Source: an uncultured Candidatus Saccharibacteria bacterium
Lineage (GTDB): Bacteria > Patescibacteriota > Minisyncoccia > UBA6257 > Colwellbacteraceae
Reading direction: 5' to 3'
Length of the DNA stretch: 64,000 nucleotides
Assembly: GCA_964643135.1 (NCBI GenBank)
Contig: CAZXPC010000002.1
Coordinates: 73,049-137,048 of the forward strand
Positions within the stretch are counted from its first letter, which is position 1. Each line of letters starts with the position of its first letter. Positions 9,305 to 18,270 of the stretch are shown piece after piece. The translations under genes and the position numbers were made by a program. The notes beneath the pieces were generated by a model. The model searched no databases. It saw nothing but the letters and a program-made list of their open reading frames with translations, and was not told where the DNA came from.

Positions 9305-10129
9305 ATGACAAAAACAACAGCAGATCTTGAGGCAAATTTGGAAGAAGCGCAGAAATTAGAAGCCGCTGAACCGGAGGTGACTTTGACCCCCGCTGAAGAA
9401 ACTGAAATGAAAGCCATGATTGAGGCGAATGTTTTCTATGGCCACGCGAAGTCTAAGACCAATCCGAAGAACCGGCCACACATTGCCGCCACAAAATCAG
9501 GCGTTGAAATAATCGACCTTTTAAAGACTATCAAAGCCACCGAAGCTGTTGCCAAGCTCATCAAAGACAAAGTTTCAAAAGGCGGCACTATTTTATTCGT
9601 AGGTACGACTTCGGCTGCGAAATTTGCTGTTAAAGAAACTGCGGTGAAGCTCGGCATGCCGTATGTGACCGAGCGCTGGTTGGGTGGAACCTTAACTAAC
9701 TTCAAAACCATCTCTTCGCGCGTATCTTACTTCAAGAAGCTGGAAGACGACAAAAAGACCGGCCGCTGGGAGAAATATACCAAGAAAGAGAGGGTCGGCA
9801 TCGATCGCGAGCTCAGCCGTTTCGAGAAGGTTTTGCGAGGCATCAGCGCCATGGACAAGATGCCGGCGGCCGTGTTTGTAGCCGACTTGGGTACCAACGA
9901 GATTGCCGCTCATGAAGCTCGACGTATGAAGATACCGTCGATCGCGCTTGTTAACACCACTTCCGACCCGGACTTAGTTAACTACGCTATCCCGGCCAAC
10001 GATCGCAACTCAAAGAGCGTGGTTTATATCTTGTCCAAGATCGAAGCCGCTGTTGAAGAAGGTAGAAAGGCTGCCAAGGCAGCTGAGGACGCGAAGATTG
10101 TGAACGTGACCAAAACTCAGTCGGCTTAA
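9305..10129 (+). CDS. rpsB: 30S ribosomal protein S2
   Basis: 'FYGH','IIDL.KT','ILFVGT','RWLGGTLTNF','IPAND'. Confidence 0.96.
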   Translation: MTKTTADLEANLEEAQKLEAAEPEVTLTPAEETEMKAMIEANVFYGHAKSKTNPKNRPHIAATKSGVEIIDLLKTIKATEAVAKLIKDKVSKGGTILFVGTTSAAKFAVKETAVKLGMPYVTERWLGGTLTNFKTISSRVSYFKKLEDDKKTGRWEKYTKKERVGIDRELSRFEKVLRGISAMDKMPAAVFVADLGTNEIAAHEARRMKIPSIALVNTTSDPDLVNYAIPANDRNSKSVVYILSKIEAAVEEGRKAAKAAEDAKIVNVTKTQSA

Positions 10130-10144
10130 TCTTTCAACCAAAAC

Positions 10145-10591
10145 ATGATTGATCCAACATTAGTTCAAAAGTTACGAGTTGAAACTGGCGCGGGGATTAT
10201 GGAATGTAAAAAAGCGCTTTTGGAAGCGAACGGCGATTACGACCGCGCGCGAGAATTGGTTCAGGAGAAAGGCGTGGCTAAGGCCGAAAAGAGGGCCGAC
10301 CGCGAGGCCGGCGCCGGCTTGGTTCACTCATACATTCATAACGGTCGTGTAGGTGTTTTGCTCCAGCTTAATTGCGAGACTGATTTTGTGGCCAGGAACG
10401 AGCAGTTTAAGGAATTGGCGCACAACATTGTGATGCAAATTGCCTCGATGAACCCGCAGACCGACGAAGAGCTCTTGTCCTCGCCCTACATCAAAGACCC
10501 ATCTATGACGGTTGATGCGCTAATTAAGGCTTCAATTGCTAAGATCGGCGAGAATATCAAGGTAGGCAAGTTTATACGCTACGAGGTCTAA
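10145..10591 (+). CDS. tsf: Elongation factor Ts (short form)
   Basis: 'LRVETGAGIMECKKAL','LNCETDFVA'; follows rpsB. Confidence 0.95.
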   Translation: MIDPTLVQKLRVETGAGIMECKKALLEANGDYDRARELVQEKGVAKAEKRADREAGAGLVHSYIHNGRVGVLLQLNCETDFVARNEQFKELAHNIVMQIASMNPQTDEELLSSPYIKDPSMTVDALIKASIAKIGENIKVGKFIRYEV

Positions 10592-10611
10592 TTTAGTATA
10601 ATTAGTTAAAC

Positions 10612-10902
10612 ATGTACGACTTAATTTTGCAGGTGGTTTTAATGGCGTCCTTGGGGGCAATCATTTATGTTTTTGCTTTGGCTATTCCCCGAACCGACGG
10701 CACTTTTTCGGCGAAGTTTGAAAGGCTAAGAGGGTGGGTCAAGAACCTGCCCTTTCACCACGTTGATGAAGCGATTAACGCATCAAAAGATAAATTTTTG
10801 CGCAAGGCCAAGATCGTCGTCATGAAGACCGAGAACATCATCAACAAGAACTTAAATAAAGATAAGGATGGTACCGGCTTAACGCCTGGTTCACAGGCAT
10901 AA
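10612..10902 (+). CDS. Small membrane-anchored hypothetical protein
   Basis: N-terminal TM; TATAAT upstream. Confidence 0.6.
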   Translation: MYDLILQVVLMASLGAIIYVFALAIPRTDGTFSAKFERLRGWVKNLPFHHVDEAINASKDKFLRKAKIVVMKTENIINKNLNKDKDGTGLTPGSQA

Positions 10903-10947
10903 TTGATTCTTATCTAGCGAGAGGGTAAACTACAACTCATGTGTTTT

Positions 10948-11032
10948 GGGCGGATACCGAAGTGGTCAAACGGGGGTGACTGTAAATCACCTGGCATCGC
11001 CTTCGGAGGTTCGAATCCTCCTCCGCCCACCA
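10948..11032 (+). tRNA. tRNA-Tyr(GTA)
   Basis: Acceptor GGGCGGA/TCCGCCC, anticodon arm GGTGA-CTGTAAA-TCACC, long variable arm, GTTCGAATC, encoded CCA. Confidence 0.96.
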
Positions 11033-11058
11033 ATTTAATTCTTGAGAATTAAATTATT

Positions 11059-11130
11059 GCCACCCTAGCTCAATGGCAGAGCAACTCTTTTGTAAAGAGA
11101 AGGTTGGAGGTTCAAGTCCTCTGGGTGGCT
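11059..11130 (+). tRNA. tRNA-Thr(TGT)
   Basis: GCCACCC/GGGTGGC acceptor, loop TTTGTAA, GTTCAAGTC T-loop; no encoded CCA. Confidence 0.93.
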
Positions 11131-11131
11131 C

Positions 11132-11476
11132 ATGGAGAATCCAATTGATCAACCGCATACCGATCCGCTTGAAGACGCCAGAAAAGTGGCTAAAAATGCA
11201 CGTGAATCAATTAATGCAGAATTGCTCAAAGCCCTGAATCAAACTTGGCTTGAGTGTTTTAGCTCGGTCGCCACAGCCTTGGGGAATTACCTCAGCATAG
11301 CTAAGAAGAAGAACCTGGTGGACGAGAGAGAATATTCCCTTTGGGAGAGCCGGTTCGAGGGTGTTTTAAGCAAGATTAGACAATATAAGCAAGAATACGA
11401 TGCCGAAAGGAAGGTGATGCCAGAAGAATTGAAAGAAGAACTATTGGCTGACATTGATATTTTTAGAGAGGAGTAG
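11132..11476 (+). CDS. Hypothetical helical protein
   Basis: 114-aa frame starting immediately after tRNA-Thr(TGT). Confidence 0.55.
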   Translation: MENPIDQPHTDPLEDARKVAKNARESINAELLKALNQTWLECFSSVATALGNYLSIAKKKNLVDEREYSLWESRFEGVLSKIRQYKQEYDAERKVMPEELKEELLADIDIFREE

Positions 11477-11513
11477 CCTCTATTGGTTGATTAAGATATG
11501 CACTTGGAGTAGC

Positions 11514-11542
11514 TTGACCAACGATTTCCCATATCTTATAAT
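11514..11542 (+). promoter_or_regulatory. Sigma70-type promoter, probably for a leaderless transcript
   Basis: TTGACC-17 nt-TATAAT, then 6 nt to the GTG start at 11549. Confidence 0.7.
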
Positions 11543-11548
11543 AGTGGT

Positions 11549-12154
11549 GTGTCCAACTCCCTTTCAGAATCAGAATTGAAAAGACTTTATTTGGATAAGA
11601 AATATTCTTCTGCGAAAATAGCAAAGCTATTTAATTGTTCGATCCACAAAGTAAATTATTGGCTTTTAGCGTATGCGATTCCCAAGAGATCTATTTCGGA
11701 CGCTATTTATGCCAAGCATAATCCTAATGGAGATCCTTTCAAATTCAGTCCACCGAAGAGTATTGAGGATGCTAAACTATTCGGTTTAGGGATTGGCCTG
11801 TATTGGGGAGAGGGGACTAAGGCGAATCAGAATTCAATACGATTGGGCAATACAGATCCCTATTTGATTGAGAAATTTATCGAATTCTTGGTTAGATTTT
11901 TTAATATTCGGAGAGAGGACATGACTTTCGGGTTGCAACTATTTACTGATATAGATCCCAAAAAGGCTCTGGACTTTTGGGCAAAACACCTTAGAATAAA
12001 TAAACATCAGTTCAATAAGCCAGTTGTTACGATATCTGGTTCAATCGGAACCTACCGAAGAAAAAACGAATTCGGAGTTCTCACGGCCATGTATCATAAT
12101 AAAAAGCTCAGAGACTTGATGATTAGTTTGATTGCAGAATATAAGCCAATGTAG
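11549..12154 (+). CDS. HTH + LAGLIDADG-like domain protein (putative free-standing endonuclease or DNA-binding protein)
   Basis: N-terminal HTH 'LYLDKKYSSAKIAKLFNCSIHKVNYWL'; 'GLGIGLYWGEGTK...IRLGNTDPYLIEKFIEFL' resembles the LAGLIDADG helix and following strand; stop codon lies inside the tRNA. Confidence 0.6.
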   Translation: MSNSLSESELKRLYLDKKYSSAKIAKLFNCSIHKVNYWLLAYAIPKRSISDAIYAKHNPNGDPFKFSPPKSIEDAKLFGLGIGLYWGEGTKANQNSIRLGNTDPYLIEKFIEFLVRFFNIRREDMTFGLQLFTDIDPKKALDFWAKHLRINKHQFNKPVVTISGSIGTYRRKNEFGVLTAMYHNKKLRDLMISLIAEYKPM

Positions 12155-12410
12155 CTCAGTCGGTAGAGCAACTCCATGGTGGCTCGCGTAGAAATACAGA
12201 AGCCTGCCCACTAGATCGGTAACGGTTTAGTGAATCCCGAATAACGGTTAATAGCCTGATTAGGGCCAAGACCGTGGCGCAGATAGCTGCGCCCGAACGA
12301 CTGACAAGGGAATCCGATAAAATCGGATTAAGATACAGTCTAGCCCTCATATAACCAAGTTGAGGTGTAAGCGAAGGAGTAGGTCGTCGGTTCAATTCCG
12401 ACCATTGGCT
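12145..12410 (+). tRNA. tRNA-Thr(GGT), split by an intron (exons 12145-12180 and 12374-12410)
   Basis: Joined exons give a perfect cloverleaf: GCCAATG/CATTGGC, ACTCC-ATGGT|AA-GGAGT, GTCGG-TTCAATT-CCGAC. Confidence 0.92.
12181..12373 (+). ncRNA. Group I intron (193 nt, no ORF) at tRNA position 36/37
   Basis: 5' exon ends in U, intron ends in G; P7 GACTG/CAGTC within CGAACGACTGA and AAGATACAGTC; P6 GCGCAG/CTGCGC; P8 AATCCGAT/ATCGGATT; P9 CCTCA/TGAGG; P1 region with a GAAA tetraloop. Confidence 0.88.
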
Positions 12411-12412
12411 CA

Positions 12413-12602
12413 TAAATAAAATTGCTCAACTTTATGTTGGGCGATTTTATTTCTATGACATTGTGGTCGAATTGAACGGGAAGGGGGTCGGGAAAACGGT
12501 AGTTTTCCCGTAGCGGAAGGCTTGAAACCGCTGGGTTTCAAAGCGCAAGCCGATGTATATCGACTGAGCAGTGAAATAGCGAAGCGTCCGACCATTGGCT
12601 CA
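12413..12602 (+). repeat. tRNA-associated structured element, copy 1
   Basis: 16-bp direct repeat of the tRNA 3' end (12397-12412 = 12587-12602); 50-nt core 12469-12518 matches the reverse complement of 54968-55017 at 46/50. Confidence 0.8.
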
Positions 12603-12670
12603 GGAATTGTCTGTGAACTTGCCATTTTTACGGTAATCATTTAATATACCCACTATCTAAATTAAACGTT

Positions 12671-12841
12671 ATGGGAAAGAAATTATCGGAAAACCTAATA
12701 AGACTGCGTTGCGCGACCTGCAAGCGTATTAACTATTACACTCGTAAGAACAAGAAGACCGTGGAGAAGAAGCTTGACTACAAGAAATTCTGTAACTGGT
12801 GCCGCCTTCACACGACTCACAAGGAAATTAAAGTTAAATAA
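12671..12841 (+). CDS. rpmG: 50S ribosomal protein L33 (Zn-binding form; not in ORF track)
   Basis: Translates MGKKLSENLIRLRCATCKRINYYTRKNKKTVEKKLDYKKFCNWCRLHTTHKEIKVK. Confidence 0.95.
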   Translation: MGKKLSENLIRLRCATCKRINYYTRKNKKTVEKKLDYKKFCNWCRLHTTHKEIKVK

Positions 12842-12845
12842 CGTT

Positions 12846-12964
12846 CGCCTCCGAAATCCGATCTACCCTTCAGGGCACAGGATAAATTTGGGGCTCAAAT
12901 TTTCCTTTCCGCTCGCCTACCCGGCTCCGCGAATCCCTTCAGAATAGATCCGGATTTCTCGGCT
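12846..12964. repeat. Palindromic MITE-like element, family B copy 1
   Basis: Ends CGCCTCCGAAATCCGATCT ... AGATCCGGATTTCTCGGCT, shared with 56202-56375. Confidence 0.65.
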
Positions 12965-13008
12965 GTGCTTCAGTGGATTTTTTGATTTGTTTGAAGTAAG
13001 ATAGGGCT

Positions 13009-13326
13009 ATGAAAATCAACATCACTGGCAATAACCTGGAGTTGACTCCGGCTCTTAAGGAGTATATCGAGAATCATTTGGGCACCTTGAGCAAACTACT
13101 CGGCAAATATGACGCTGATGCTGTGCAGGCGCACATTGTGGTGGCGCGGACGACCAAGCACCACAGCCACGGCGACGTCTACCAAGCTGAAATTTATCTC
13201 ACGATTCCCAAAAAATCGATTGCGGTTAAGGCCGATGCGGGGGATGCGCGGATTGCTATCGATGTTTCGGTTGATAAGCTGAAGCACGAAATTGTTAAAC
13301 ACAAAGAACAGACTTTAGGGCACTAG
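13009..13326 (+). CDS. hpf: Ribosome hibernation factor HPF/RaiA
   Basis: 'MKINITGNNLELTPALKEYI','AID..VDKL'; precedes secA. Confidence 0.9.
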   Translation: MKINITGNNLELTPALKEYIENHLGTLSKLLGKYDADAVQAHIVVARTTKHHSHGDVYQAEIYLTIPKKSIAVKADAGDARIAIDVSVDKLKHEIVKHKEQTLGH

Positions 13327-13344
13327 CTCGGGATTTTAATATTT

Positions 13345-15930
13345 ATGTCTATTTTATCGAAACTTTTTAAGTTCGGGGGCGAAAAGGCTCCGGGAGAAAT
13401 TGCTATCATCAATTCGCTTGAAGAAGAGCTGAAGTCTTTGCCCAACGAAAAAATTCGCGAAGAATCTTTGGCTTTGCGCGACCGAGTTAAAAACGGCGAA
13501 AGCCTGAACGCAGTTTTGCCGAGAGCTTATGCTTTGGTGCGCGAGTCAGCTCGGCGCACCTTGAATCAGCGCCACTTCGATGTTCAGCTTTGGGGCGGCA
13601 TTGTTTTACATAGCGGCGCGATTGCCGAAATGTTTACGGGCGAGGGTAAAACTTTAACCGCGACCTCGCCGGCTTATTTAAATGCTTTGGAAGGCAAGGG
13701 CGTGCATGTGGTTACCGTCAATGACTACCTGGCCAAGCGTGATGCGGTTTGGATGGGCCAGATTTATTATTTTCTAGGCCTCACGACCGCCTGCATCTTG
13801 CACGACTCGGCTTTTATCTATGACCCGTCATGGAAAGTTCAGAAAGAAAACACCGAAGAAATGGCGGCGACTGATAAAGAGCGCGACATAAAAGGCGGGT
13901 TTCAAGTTGAGATGGATTATCTCCGTCCTATTTCGAGAAAAGAGGCCTACTTGGCCGACATCACTTATGGAACTAACCATGAGTTCGGTTTTGATTACCT
14001 GCGGGACAATTTAAGCCACACCATAGAAGGCCGGGTTCAGCGCGAATTGAATTTTGCGGTTATCGACGAGGTTGACTCGATTTTAATTGATGAGGCCAGG
14101 ACGCCGCTCATTATTTCGGTGCCCGATACTGAATCATCTGAATTTTACAAAGTCTTTTCGCGGGCGGTCCGCAACTTGAAGAAAGACGAGGACTATGTGG
14201 TTGATGAAAAGTTGAAATCGGTTGAGATCTTGGAGCCGGGGATCGATAAAATCGAGGCCTTTACTGGAGTTAAGGATCTATACGCCGCCGAGAATATCCG
14301 GCTGGTTCATTTCTTAGAAGCCAGCCTTAAAGCCCATGCGCTATTCCACTTAGATAAAGACTACGTGGTTCGCAAAAACGGCGATGGTCAGGGCGAGATC
14401 GTGATCGTCGACCAATTTACGGGCCGCTTAATGCTCGGCCGCCGCTACTCAGCCGGCTTGCACCAGGCGATTGAGGCTAAAGAGAATGTTCTGGTCAAAG
14501 AGGAAACCAGGACTTACGCCCAGATTTCGATCCAGAATTATTTTAGGCTTTACCAGAAGATTTCCGGCATGACCGGCACGGCCCAAACTTCGGCCGAAGA
14601 ATTCCACAAGGTTTATAAACTTGAGGTGTATACTATTCCGTCGAACAGGAAATTTGTGAGAGCTGATTTGCCGGACTTGGTTTTTAAGAATACCGAAGCC
14701 AAATATCGCGCCATGGTTGAAGACATGAGGGAACGCCACAAAAAAGGCCAGCCGATCCTGATCGGCACGGTCTCAATTGAGAAGAACGAGATGCTGGGCA
14801 AGGTTTTGCGCGACGCCGGCTTGCCTTTCGAAATATTGAATGCCAAAAACCACGAGCGTGAAGGCGCGATTATCGCTCAAGCGGGCCGCCTCGGCGCGAT
14901 CACGGTTGCCACCAACATGGCCGGTCGAGGCGTCGACATTATTTTAGGAGGCAACCCGCCGGACAAGGCCGAGGCTGAGAAAGTTCGCGCTTTAGGCGGC
15001 CTGCACATTATTGGCACGGAACGCCACGAAGCGCGGCGCATTGATAACCAGCTTCGCGGCCGCGCCGGCCGGCAAGGCGACCCGGGTTCATCGCAATTTT
15101 ACTTGTCTCTTGACGACGACCTCATGCGTATTTTTGGCGGCGACAGGATTAAAGGCATGATGGAGCGGTTTAAACTCGAAGATAACATTCCGATGAGCGG
15201 TATTGTTACGAAATCGATTGCTCAGGCTCAGTCGAGAGTTGAGGGTTTTAACTTCGATGCCCGCAAACATTTGCTCGAGTACGACGATGTGCTGAATAAG
15301 CAGAGAATCAATTATTATGCCCGCCGGCTGAATATTCTGGCTAACATAGCGAACGCCGAAGAAATAAAGAAAGTAGAAAAGGAATCTTTGGAGAGATATA
15401 TGGAGGTTTTTAACGGCCCGGACATTGAAGCCGACGAAATCAGAAAAATGATCGTGGCGACCGAGATTCTGCCGGCCGACGAGGCGGCTAAACATGACTA
15501 TAAAGAAGACCTTCTTAACGCTGCCCGCGAAACGGCTTTAGAAAAAATAGAGAAGCAGGAAGGCTGGAACTTTATCGGCCGGCAGATGTTGGCGGTGCTC
15601 GATATGTTCTGGATGACGCACTTGGAAGACATCGAGGCCTTAACCGAGTCGGTTCGCATGCGCGCTTATGCGCAGAAAGATCCGCTTGTAGAATACCGCC
15701 GCGAGAGCTACAAACTCTTTGAGGAGCTGAAATCTAATTTCGACGCCTGGGTTTTTAATAACGTCTTTAAGTTGGAGGTGGAAGCTAAGAAGATGGCTCA
15801 AGGCCAAATGTCGGGAAATGTTCCGAAAGTTGTTTTGAATACGCCTAAAGTGGAGTACAAAGATGTCGGCCGGAACGACCCCTGCCCGTGTGGCAGCGGC
15901 AAAAAATATAAGAACTGTCATGGAAGGTAA
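13345..15930 (+). CDS. secA: Preprotein translocase ATPase SecA
   Basis: 'TGEGKTL','VVTVNDYLA','DEVDSILIDEARTPLIIS','RRIDNQLRGRAGRQGDPG', SEC-C motif. Confidence 0.98.
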   Translation: MSILSKLFKFGGEKAPGEIAIINSLEEELKSLPNEKIREESLALRDRVKNGESLNAVLPRAYALVRESARRTLNQRHFDVQLWGGIVLHSGAIAEMFTGEGKTLTATSPAYLNALEGKGVHVVTVNDYLAKRDAVWMGQIYYFLGLTTACILHDSAFIYDPSWKVQKENTEEMAATDKERDIKGGFQVEMDYLRPISRKEAYLADITYGTNHEFGFDYLRDNLSHTIEGRVQRELNFAVIDEVDSILIDEARTPLIISVPDTESSEFYKVFSRAVRNLKKDEDYVVDEKLKSVEILEPGIDKIEAFTGVKDLYAAENIRLVHFLEASLKAHALFHLDKDYVVRKNGDGQGEIVIVDQFTGRLMLGRRYSAGLHQAIEAKENVLVKEETRTYAQISIQNYFRLYQKISGMTGTAQTSAEEFHKVYKLEVYTIPSNRKFVRADLPDLVFKNTEAKYRAMVEDMRERHKKGQPILIGTVSIEKNEMLGKVLRDAGLPFEILNAKNHEREGAIIAQAGRLGAITVATNMAGRGVDIILGGNPPDKAEAEKVRALGGLHIIGTERHEARRIDNQLRGRAGRQGDPGSSQFYLSLDDDLMRIFGGDRIKGMMERFKLEDNIPMSGIVTKSIAQAQSRVEGFNFDARKHLLEYDDVLNKQRINYYARRLNILANIANAEEIKKVEKESLERYMEVFNGPDIEADEIRKMIVATEILPADEAAKHDYKEDLLNAARETALEKIEKQEGWNFIGRQMLAVLDMFWMTHLEDIEALTESVRMRAYAQKDPLVEYRRESYKLFEELKSNFDAWVFNNVFKLEVEAKKMAQGQMSGNVPKVVLNTPKVEYKDVGRNDPCPCGSGKKYKNCHGR

Positions 15931-15962
15931 AAGCGTTAAGTAATTTCAAGGAAATTTGGCAA

Positions 15963-16349
15963 ATGAGACAAATTACGAAACGTTTGATTGATGGAGCCGA
16001 TCTGAGAGAAGGGATCACTGCTATAGCTAAAGAAAATAATATTAAGGCTGGAGTTATTATCTCGGCGGTAGGGAGTTTGAAGAAGGCTAACCTAAGGATG
16101 GCAGGAGGGGAAACTTCAAGATCTTGGGACGGACCGCTTGAGATCGTTTCGGCGACAGGAACCCTATCGCAAGATGGCATGCACATACATATCTCTGTCT
16201 CCGACAAAGATGGCAGTGTTTTTGGCGGCCACTTGAGCGAGGGTTGTTTCGTTCGGACGACGGTGGAGATCGTTGTCTTAACTTTTGACGACGCTGAATA
16301 TAAAAGGGAGTTGGACGATACGACGGGCTACAAAGAGTTGAAAGTTTAG
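15963..16349 (+). CDS. PPC-domain (DUF296) protein
   Basis: 'LEIVSATGTL','HIHISVSDKDGSVFGGHL'. Confidence 0.85.
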   Translation: MRQITKRLIDGADLREGITAIAKENNIKAGVIISAVGSLKKANLRMAGGETSRSWDGPLEIVSATGTLSQDGMHIHISVSDKDGSVFGGHLSEGCFVRTTVEIVVLTFDDAEYKRELDDTTGYKELKV

Positions 16350-16390
16350 GTAGTTGGCAATTCTTCCTGCATAAGGTTATAATTTTTCTA

Positions 16391-17278
16391 ATGTTCAAGG
16401 ATGTTAAAAGTGTGTTGATGATCTTCGGGTATATTCTGCTTTCAATGGTGGCGATTGTCTTTTTCCCGCAGCTCGACAAAATGATATCGCCAAGCAATGT
16501 TCCGGCAAATCTAAACCCTTGCTGCTACCATTCAATCCCTGGTCCGATTACATTCATTGGCACCGGTCTCGCCCTTTCTTTATTTACTGCTTGTCTTTTA
16601 TATTTCGGTCTCGCCTCCAAAATGCAGGCCTACAAAAAGTTTTTTCTCTACGCCATTCTTTATAATGTCTTAATCATAATAATTAAATTCACTTTAGCTC
16701 CATTCAATTTATATTCTTACAATCAGCAAACCCCGTTTCTTATTGGCGTAGACCCCCTAGCCAATCTCAAGGGTCAGCCTCTTCTCACTCTTATTTTCGT
16801 TAGCCTGTTTGCCTTGGCTCTATACTTACTGATTTTTTATATCATTAACAAAGTTTCAAGAAATGAACTCAATCAGAGCTTAACAAAAGGCACGGCGTTA
16901 AAAACTGGTTTTCCATTTTTTGCTACAATTTTAACTTTCCTGATTCTAATAATAACGTCGATTTTACCTTTTGCCATGTTTATTATCCCAGGCTTGGGCG
17001 GGGCGTTCGGCAATTATTTAATGGACATTCTCTGGACAGGTCCAGTTTTCGGCATCATAATCGCCCTGCTTTTATTGGCGGCTGTTGTGCTCTGCGGCAA
17101 AGCTAGCCAGTCGGCAGCCTCAGCCGCTTTGGCTGTGAAAGATGTGGCTATTCTGAATTCTTTTATCATCGTTGGCTTTGGTCTTCTAATCTTTTTCCAT
17201 TTTCTCTGGGTCGTTTATATGTTTACGCTGGCTACGCTTTGGCCTTTTAATGTGGCCTACCCGGGCGGCGGCAAATAA
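16391..17278 (+). CDS. Multi-pass membrane protein of unknown function
   Basis: About 7 hydrophobic segments; first gene of a tightly spaced 3-gene run. Confidence 0.7.
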   Translation: MFKDVKSVLMIFGYILLSMVAIVFFPQLDKMISPSNVPANLNPCCYHSIPGPITFIGTGLALSLFTACLLYFGLASKMQAYKKFFLYAILYNVLIIIIKFTLAPFNLYSYNQQTPFLIGVDPLANLKGQPLLTLIFVSLFALALYLLIFYIINKVSRNELNQSLTKGTALKTGFPFFATILTFLILIITSILPFAMFIIPGLGGAFGNYLMDILWTGPVFGIIIALLLLAAVVLCGKASQSAASAALAVKDVAILNSFIIVGFGLLIFFHFLWVVYMFTLATLWPFNVAYPGGGK

Positions 17279-17281
17279 GCG

Positions 17282-18268
17282 ATGGCAAAAATTCTGCGTT
17301 TATATATTTTAATGCTGCGCTATCGCGTGGCGATTATGCTCGCTATCTTCTTTTTGATCGGAGCTTCCGCGCGGTCTGGGCTGTCTGAATTTAAAACCTC
17401 TTATCTTTTCGGAATACTGGCGCTCTTCTTTAGCTTTATAGCGGCGACCTCAATCAACGATATCTCCGATAAAGATATCGATAAAATTAACCATCCGGGT
17501 GTAAAGGGGAGGCCTTTAGTTACGGGCGAAGCGACCGAAAAAGACTTGTATTTGGTTCATATCTCAGCTGGCATTTTGGCCATCCTTTTCGGCTTACTCA
17601 TCAATTTAGAGGGGGCATTGATCATGACTTCCTCTCTCATCATCAATTATATTTATTCGGCCAAACCATTTAGGATTTCTTATAAAACTCATTTTGCTCC
17701 ACTCCTTCTTACTGTTGCTTACGTTCTGGTGCCGTTTCTTTTGGGGTTCCAGGCTTCAAACTCGAATTTTATTTGGAACCAGGATGGATTTTTTGTTCTA
17801 TCTCTCATGCTGATGTTCGGCGGGAGACTGATTCTTAAAGATCTAAGAGACAGAAAAGGGGATTCGCTCTACGGCAAACCAACTTTTCTTTTAAAATACG
17901 GCAAAACCGCTACTTGTTTGGCCAGCCTGGCTTTAGTTTTTTCCGGGAATTTACTTTTATTCTGGTCTTTTCATGAGCCTTGGCTGCTCAAGCTCTTATT
18001 GGAGCCATACTTTTTGGCAATTTATTTTCTGCTTTACCGGCTTTGGCTTCTGCCGGAAGGAGAGATGGAGCAGTCTGCTATTGCCATTGCGGCTAAGATG
18101 GGCAACGGGGTTCTTTTGTCGATTTTAGGAATCCAGATTCTTAATGCTTATTATTTCCCGTCAAGCTATTATTACGGCTTTGTTTTTTCTCTTCTCGTGA
18201 TGTTCTTTTCCGTTTTTCTCTCTTTGCTTTCTAATCCTAAGTATGCAAGTATTGGATATAAAGGATAA
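17282..18268 (+). CDS. UbiA-family prenyltransferase
   Basis: 'INDISDKDIDKINH...RPL', 'YIYS.KP', second Asp motif 'KDLRDRKGD...GKPT'. Confidence 0.88.
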   Translation: MAKILRLYILMLRYRVAIMLAIFFLIGASARSGLSEFKTSYLFGILALFFSFIAATSINDISDKDIDKINHPGVKGRPLVTGEATEKDLYLVHISAGILAILFGLLINLEGALIMTSSLIINYIYSAKPFRISYKTHFAPLLLTVAYVLVPFLLGFQASNSNFIWNQDGFFVLSLMLMFGGRLILKDLRDRKGDSLYGKPTFLLKYGKTATCLASLALVFSGNLLLFWSFHEPWLLKLLLEPYFLAIYFLLYRLWLLPEGEMEQSAIAIAAKMGNGVLLSILGIQILNAYYFPSSYYYGFVFSLLVMFFSVFLSLLSNPKYASIGYKG

Positions 18269-18270
18269 AA

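Noticed and set aside
12397-12602. Prophage or integrative island att sites at tRNA-Thr
   Set aside because: The repeats enclose only about 175 bp with no integrase or phage genes; reported as a small element instead.
12156-12640. Minus-strand ORFs 12156-12413 and 12410-12640
   Set aside because: Antisense to the tRNA, intron and structured element; no protein features.
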